Source: Raja brachyura (Eukaryota). From it: DNA of 64,000 nt. The position numbers and the translations under genes were made by a program. The stretch is taken from positions 13,950,001 through 14,014,000 of the forward strand of contig OY740821.1 in assembly GCA_963514005.1 (NCBI GenBank), written 5' to 3'. This document shows, in pieces, positions 59,231-64,000 of the stretch; position 1 is the stretch's first letter, and every line of letters starts with the position of its first letter. Below the pieces are notes generated by a model that saw only the letters and a program-made list of their open reading frames with translations, did no database searches and was not told the DNA's origin.

Positions 59231-60705
59231 GAAACCAAAGATTATAGAGGAGCTGAAACTGCCCCACAAACCAACCTCCCTTCCATTTACTCCATCTGCA
59301 CCTCACGATGCCTCGGCAAGACCAGCAGCACCCCCGTCACTCCCTCTTCTGTACCTCTTGCCCGATGGGAAAGGGGAGAAGTGTGAAAACGCACATCTCC
59401 AGATTCAGGGAGTGTTTCATCCCAGCTATTATCAGGCAACTGAACCGCCCTCTCACCACTAGAGAGCTGTCAAACCTCCCATCTACCTCATTGGAGACCC
59501 TTGGACTATCTTTGGTCAGACGTTACTAGCTTTACCTAACAATGTTACAACATTTTGAGATTAAAAAAAAAATCAAGTCTGCAATTTATCCCATCAGATA
59601 AAACATAAAAAGTTTAATTTGACACCTAATTCGTTTTCATATCTTCAGTATTAAAAAAGTTATGGCCATTTTCATACTCGGAAATTAGCATCTTGTTCCC
59701 TATTGCTTTTCCATTGACTTAACACAAAAGCTGTGATCGAGGACAGTCAAATGCCCATAACTTTCTTAAAAATTAAGAGAACTGAAATAAATTTTCAGTT
59801 ATTATAGATTGAAGCATTCTGAAACAAATATGAAACAATCTTACTTGGATGACCTGAAATTAAAGCATATAATTAGTTAGTTACCTAGTTGTAGCTAATT
59901 ACAAAATTCAATTACTAGATCTAAACATCTATCCATTTCTTAAGAAAAGGTTAACATTTTTAAATAGCCTAAGTGTCCAAATAACACTCACACAAGAATT
60001 CACAATATAACATGATTTTTAAATCTCATTGTCATGAATTTATAGGCCAAATGGAAGGAATTTAGTGTTTAATTCCCGTAAATTAATGGCCATTTAAATC
60101 ATCTTGCGAGTGGGATTTTGTGGAACGCAATCGTTTGAAACGTTGCATTTGCGGTGATTTTAAACCCCATATCGGCTGGAAAAATAGTGCTGGTTCGTAT
60201 GGGGCCTAAGTAACCTTTTCGCAACATGAAATTTTGATAAAGGCATCCTAAGAAGCACGTTTATATGTAAAAATAAACGGCGTACCTTGCTTTGTCTCGT
60301 ATGCGAGATCCGTCCTGTTGTCGGCGTTGACAGCTTTAGAAAACACTTTTTAAATTTACTCCTGCTATTAAATTATCCAGCGTAGTTTAAAAAAAAACTT
60401 CAGAGAACATATGTCGGAGCGATTTTTCTTCAGCAACTAAACAGCCTGACAAAGATCGATTTGAACAGGCTGCAGAAAATGGCATTTTAAACCCGCCCCC
60501 TTCTCAAAGGCGCCAAAGTCGTACACACGGGCAGTGACAGAACTGCAGCGCCGCTGAAGGTAAGTTTTGTAACATACCTATATCAAGTATATGTACACTG
60601 ACTGGGTCGATTGTAATCTTGTATTGTCTTTCAACTGCTTGGTTAGCACGCAACAAACGTTTTTCATTGTACCTCAGTACACATGACAATAAACTAAACT
60701 TAAAC
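59231..60705 (+). mobile_element. Rex1/Babar-like LINE 3' fragment (59231-59536 and 60581-60705) split by the Academ-like copy 2
   Basis: QTNLPSIYSICTSRCLGKTSS, SRFRECFIPAIIRQLN; the tail resumes after 60580 and ends in gacaataaactaaact. Confidence 0.7.
59537..60580 (-). mobile_element. Non-autonomous DNA transposon (Academ-like), copy 2, inverted relative to copy 1
   Basis: Ends taacaatgttacaa ... ttttgtaacataccta; 59545-59710 is the reverse complement of 58340-58510 and the 60480-60575 end matches 57185-57270. Confidence 0.7.
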
Positions 60706-63171
60706 CATTTGTTGGTACAGTTATTTATGTGACAATCAGCCTCCATTAACATTGGTCAAAGCAATAAATGTGCAGATGTGATAATATAGATATAGGCAAG
60801 AGCAATGTAGCACTTCTCTGACACCACTTTCACAGCAGCTTATAGGTTTCTGGGACACATGTAGAGCAAACAATGGTATGCTGGGATGCGCGTGCACACA
60901 CACACACGGGAAAATGCAATTACATATCAGTTTGACCACAATGCGGTTGAACTGATTATCAGGTGGATTTTCCCCAATTTCACTCAACTAAGCCATTACT
61001 TTACCAAAATGAGAATAGTCTTCACAATTTTGCTCGTAAATTTCCAAAGAGGGCTAATTTATTTGTCACATTAAAGTAAAGCTTAAAGCTGAAAGTTCCT
61101 TTTATATTTTTAATTTACCTCAAGCATCAATTAAGACATGTTCTAAAAGCCAATTCAAAACAAGATAGCAGCTTCTGTTTCACGATTCAAATTCTTATTC
61201 CTCTCTTATTTCCTATTAGAAACTACCTCTAGATGATAAATGTTACAATTGTAATTCATTATTGGAAATCACAAGGTCAAATCCATATCCGTGTCAAGAA
61301 CCACTGTACCAGAAACTGATCACGTGCAGTATTCTATTTGAATCCATTAAAACAATAATCAAGTCATTGCATTTTAATCACTTTTATTTCCTTATAGAAA
61401 TAAATTACAATTTTCCCCATTCACATTTTCAGCATTTAAGTCAACAGTATTCCTGCTATTAGGCTAAAGAGGCTGCACTTAATGATAATTCACACATTAG
61501 TAAGACGCCATAATATTTTGAACAGAAATAAAAATGTTTCCATTTATTGATACATACTACAGACCAACCAAAAAAAACTTTTCTAACCTCTTGCAAAATG
61601 CAGACCGATTTAAATGAGGAATGTTGTCTCTTTAAAAAGATACAGTTCATGTTACAGTTTAGGAGTACACTTACTTTATCCATTTCTCTATTTTCACTAC
61701 AAGTGTACAACAAAGGACAAGATAAACAACAGTATTACCTGACCATACAGCACTTTTACACAATTCCTCCAGTATAACAAATAGCTTTAACAACTCACCT
61801 TGAACTGAATCAGTAAACACATTACTGCACTTAAAGATATAACCTGGGTCTTCACATCTAAATCCCAGGACGAAAGAGGAAAAAAAAAGAACTTCACTAA
61901 AATAGAAGCCACATTGGCTTTTACTCTACATTTCTATTTCTTAGTTCAAGGGATCTATGGCCATGTTATTTAATTCAGTTGTTAGCTCATCCTTCAGATT
62001 TAAGCCAACATACTGCTATTTGGTGGACCAGGTGAATCAGATTGCTGCTTGTACTTATTTACATTATAAGTATCATAAGACTATAGGTTTTCTGCAACAA
62101 AATAATCTATTAATATATTTCTTTAAGTTTCTCCAAATAAAATAATGAGTCTCTATTTCTACATGTAGTTCACTAGAAAGAAGCTATATTAAAAATTTGT
62201 GCCTGCACTTTTTCTTAAATTCAGTAAGGATATATTTTTATTTTCTTTTGGTATGTATTACATTCAAAATCATAAAATCATGACAATTGTTTGCTTGGTT
62301 AGCAGTGTTTCTCCAGGAAATCAGACAAAAACAAATGTCCTACATGTGTGACAGAACAGCAATGAATTCTGCAGGTGTGAACTGAAGTATGTGAAATGAG
62401 TTACACCATCAGAACGGAGAGATTGGTTTATTGTATTGCCGGTGCCCTCAACAGCCTGCAATCAGCACAGGTTTTAAAACTTATAAGATCAATTGGAGGA
62501 CGATTGCAATATATCAGGCATTGGTTAGGCCTGATGAATGGTACCCTGAGGAGCAGAATCAAGCTAACTTACACCAAAGCATCATCGTTTCATCCTCCTC
62601 CTTCTCTTCATCCTCCTCCTCCCCTATTCCCTTTTGAAAACCCATTCAGACATCAGCATGTTCGCTTTCAGAGTTCAGGGATATACAGTAATCCAAATGA
62701 ATAAACCACCTCAGTTGGCTGTGGATATTAGTATTCAGCAGCCGCTTCATGATTATCCACAATTTATTCATTTGGATCTTGTTTGGATTGAATTACAGTC
62801 ATGACACTTACCCAAGGATCACATCCAAACAAATGGCAAAGGGTGGAATGTACATTTTTAAGTTTATTCTATTTAATGATTTACTGGTACTATTCCACAG
62901 CACTAAGTAGAAATAAAAATACTATGTGTATTGTTATATTGTTGCACTGAATCATCCATCAACTCGAAAGAATTGATTAAAGAAACAGTTAATAAAATTG
63001 TCGGTGGCAATGTTTTCTTGCAATTTTAATTGTTAAGTCAGGAGACTTTATACATGCTTTTGGAGGAAGCAGCTTAAATCAACGTACAAGATGAGATGCA
63101 TTTCATGATTTTGCATTTAATTTAGCATATCTTTGCAAGTAAATTTTGGAAAAGATTATTTTCTAATTAGA

Positions 63172-63312
63172 GACAAGGAACTACAGATGTTGGAATCTAG
63201 GGCAAAACAGAATTAGTTTCAAGAAGGGTCTCGACCAGAAACATCGTATGTCCATTCCCTTCATAAATAGTGCCTGAACATCTGAGTTCCTCCAGCACTT
63301 TGAGTTTTGCTC
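63172..63312. mobile_element. Degenerate Penelope-derived short repeat
   Basis: caaggaactacagatgttggaatc...aagaagggtctcgaccagaaacatc...gagttcctccagcactttg; ttttctaattaga flanks both sides. Confidence 0.65.
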
Positions 63313-64000
63313 TTTTCTAATTAGATAATTTCTAATTATAATTGCAGCATTTTAGGATTTCAAATAATTATTCCCTCCTGCAAATTATTTATAACTGGAG
63401 AAAAATCATGCAATTGGTAATCATGTGTTTTGCGTCCCCTCCTCAAGGGTCTTAATAGGAATATTACTGCTAGCAGGCTGATGAGGGGTACAAATGACAA
63501 AGGCCTCTCCAAACTATTAGTAAGGAAGTAGAGAACATTTTTAAAATAACTGGCCATGTGGTATGTTAGTAGTGATTTTAGTTTGTACAGTATATTGCAC
63601 AGCAAGTTGCTTTATTACTTTGTACGGTAACATTTAGTGATCAAGATACATGTAAACATATTTGATAGTCAGAATTCTTTCATGCAGAGACATGAAAACA
63701 TATTGAAGTGTAGAAATCATTAAACAGCACTAATAATCACAATAATTGTGATAAGTACATAACAAACCTAATTAATTATTTCAATCTATATATCAAACAT
63801 CTCAAATTATATGCTGGTTAGAGATGAAAACCTTTCAAAGGTTACGTTTTTTCAATCAGGCTTTGTATTACAAAACTGAAAATTTTAAAAATATGCAAAA
63901 TTACACTGATTTTCTTCCAAGAATTTAAACGTATTAACTTCGGCCAATCTAATTGCAACAAAAAAAAATCAAAATTAAAATTAAATTAAAAAATTTGGAC

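Noticed and set aside
58920-59529. Overlapping 100-128 aa ORFs
   Set aside because: By-product of GC-rich promoter-like DNA running into a Rex1-like LINE fragment
62555-62645. Acidic mini-ORF on the minus strand (MGFQKGIGEEEDEEKEEDETMMLWCKLA)
   Set aside because: Low-complexity (TCC)n tract, in-frame stop just upstream, no convincing acceptor

Overview
Eukaryotic, AT-rich, repeat-laden vertebrate DNA. The repeat mix (CR1/HER1-type LINEs, HE1-type V-SINEs, a Deu-SINE, Penelope-derived short repeats) points to a cartilaginous fish, probably a skate or ray; this is an inference. The main content is a plus-strand extended synaptotagmin-1 (ESYT1) gene. I traced 30 coding exons by hand from 11292 to the stop at 44455. 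All introns are GT-AG and phase-consistent, giving 1009 aa: SMP domain plus five C2 domains. The first exon (N-terminal membrane hairpin) was not found and presumably lies upstream of the window. The exon sizes preserve the ancient C2AB to C2CD tandem duplication. The most unusual signal is a family of short Penelope-derived insertions, many with 13-16 bp target-site duplications, that carry a minimal hammerhead-ribozyme core (CUGAnGA-[A]-stem II-GAAA-C-GUC); several lie in sense orientation inside ESYT1 introns. Other elements: an internally deleted IR/DR Tc1 element resembling teleost Tc1s, two Tigger/pogo-type MITEs, a hAT-type MITE, and an inverted pair of Academ-like non-autonomous transposons bracketing a CpG-rich promoter-like segment. 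Downstream of ESYT1 there are candidate phase-compatible minus-strand exons of an unidentified transcript. Most ORFs in the supplied track are spurious or are TE remnants. Repeat family names and boundaries come from motif recognition by eye and are approximate.
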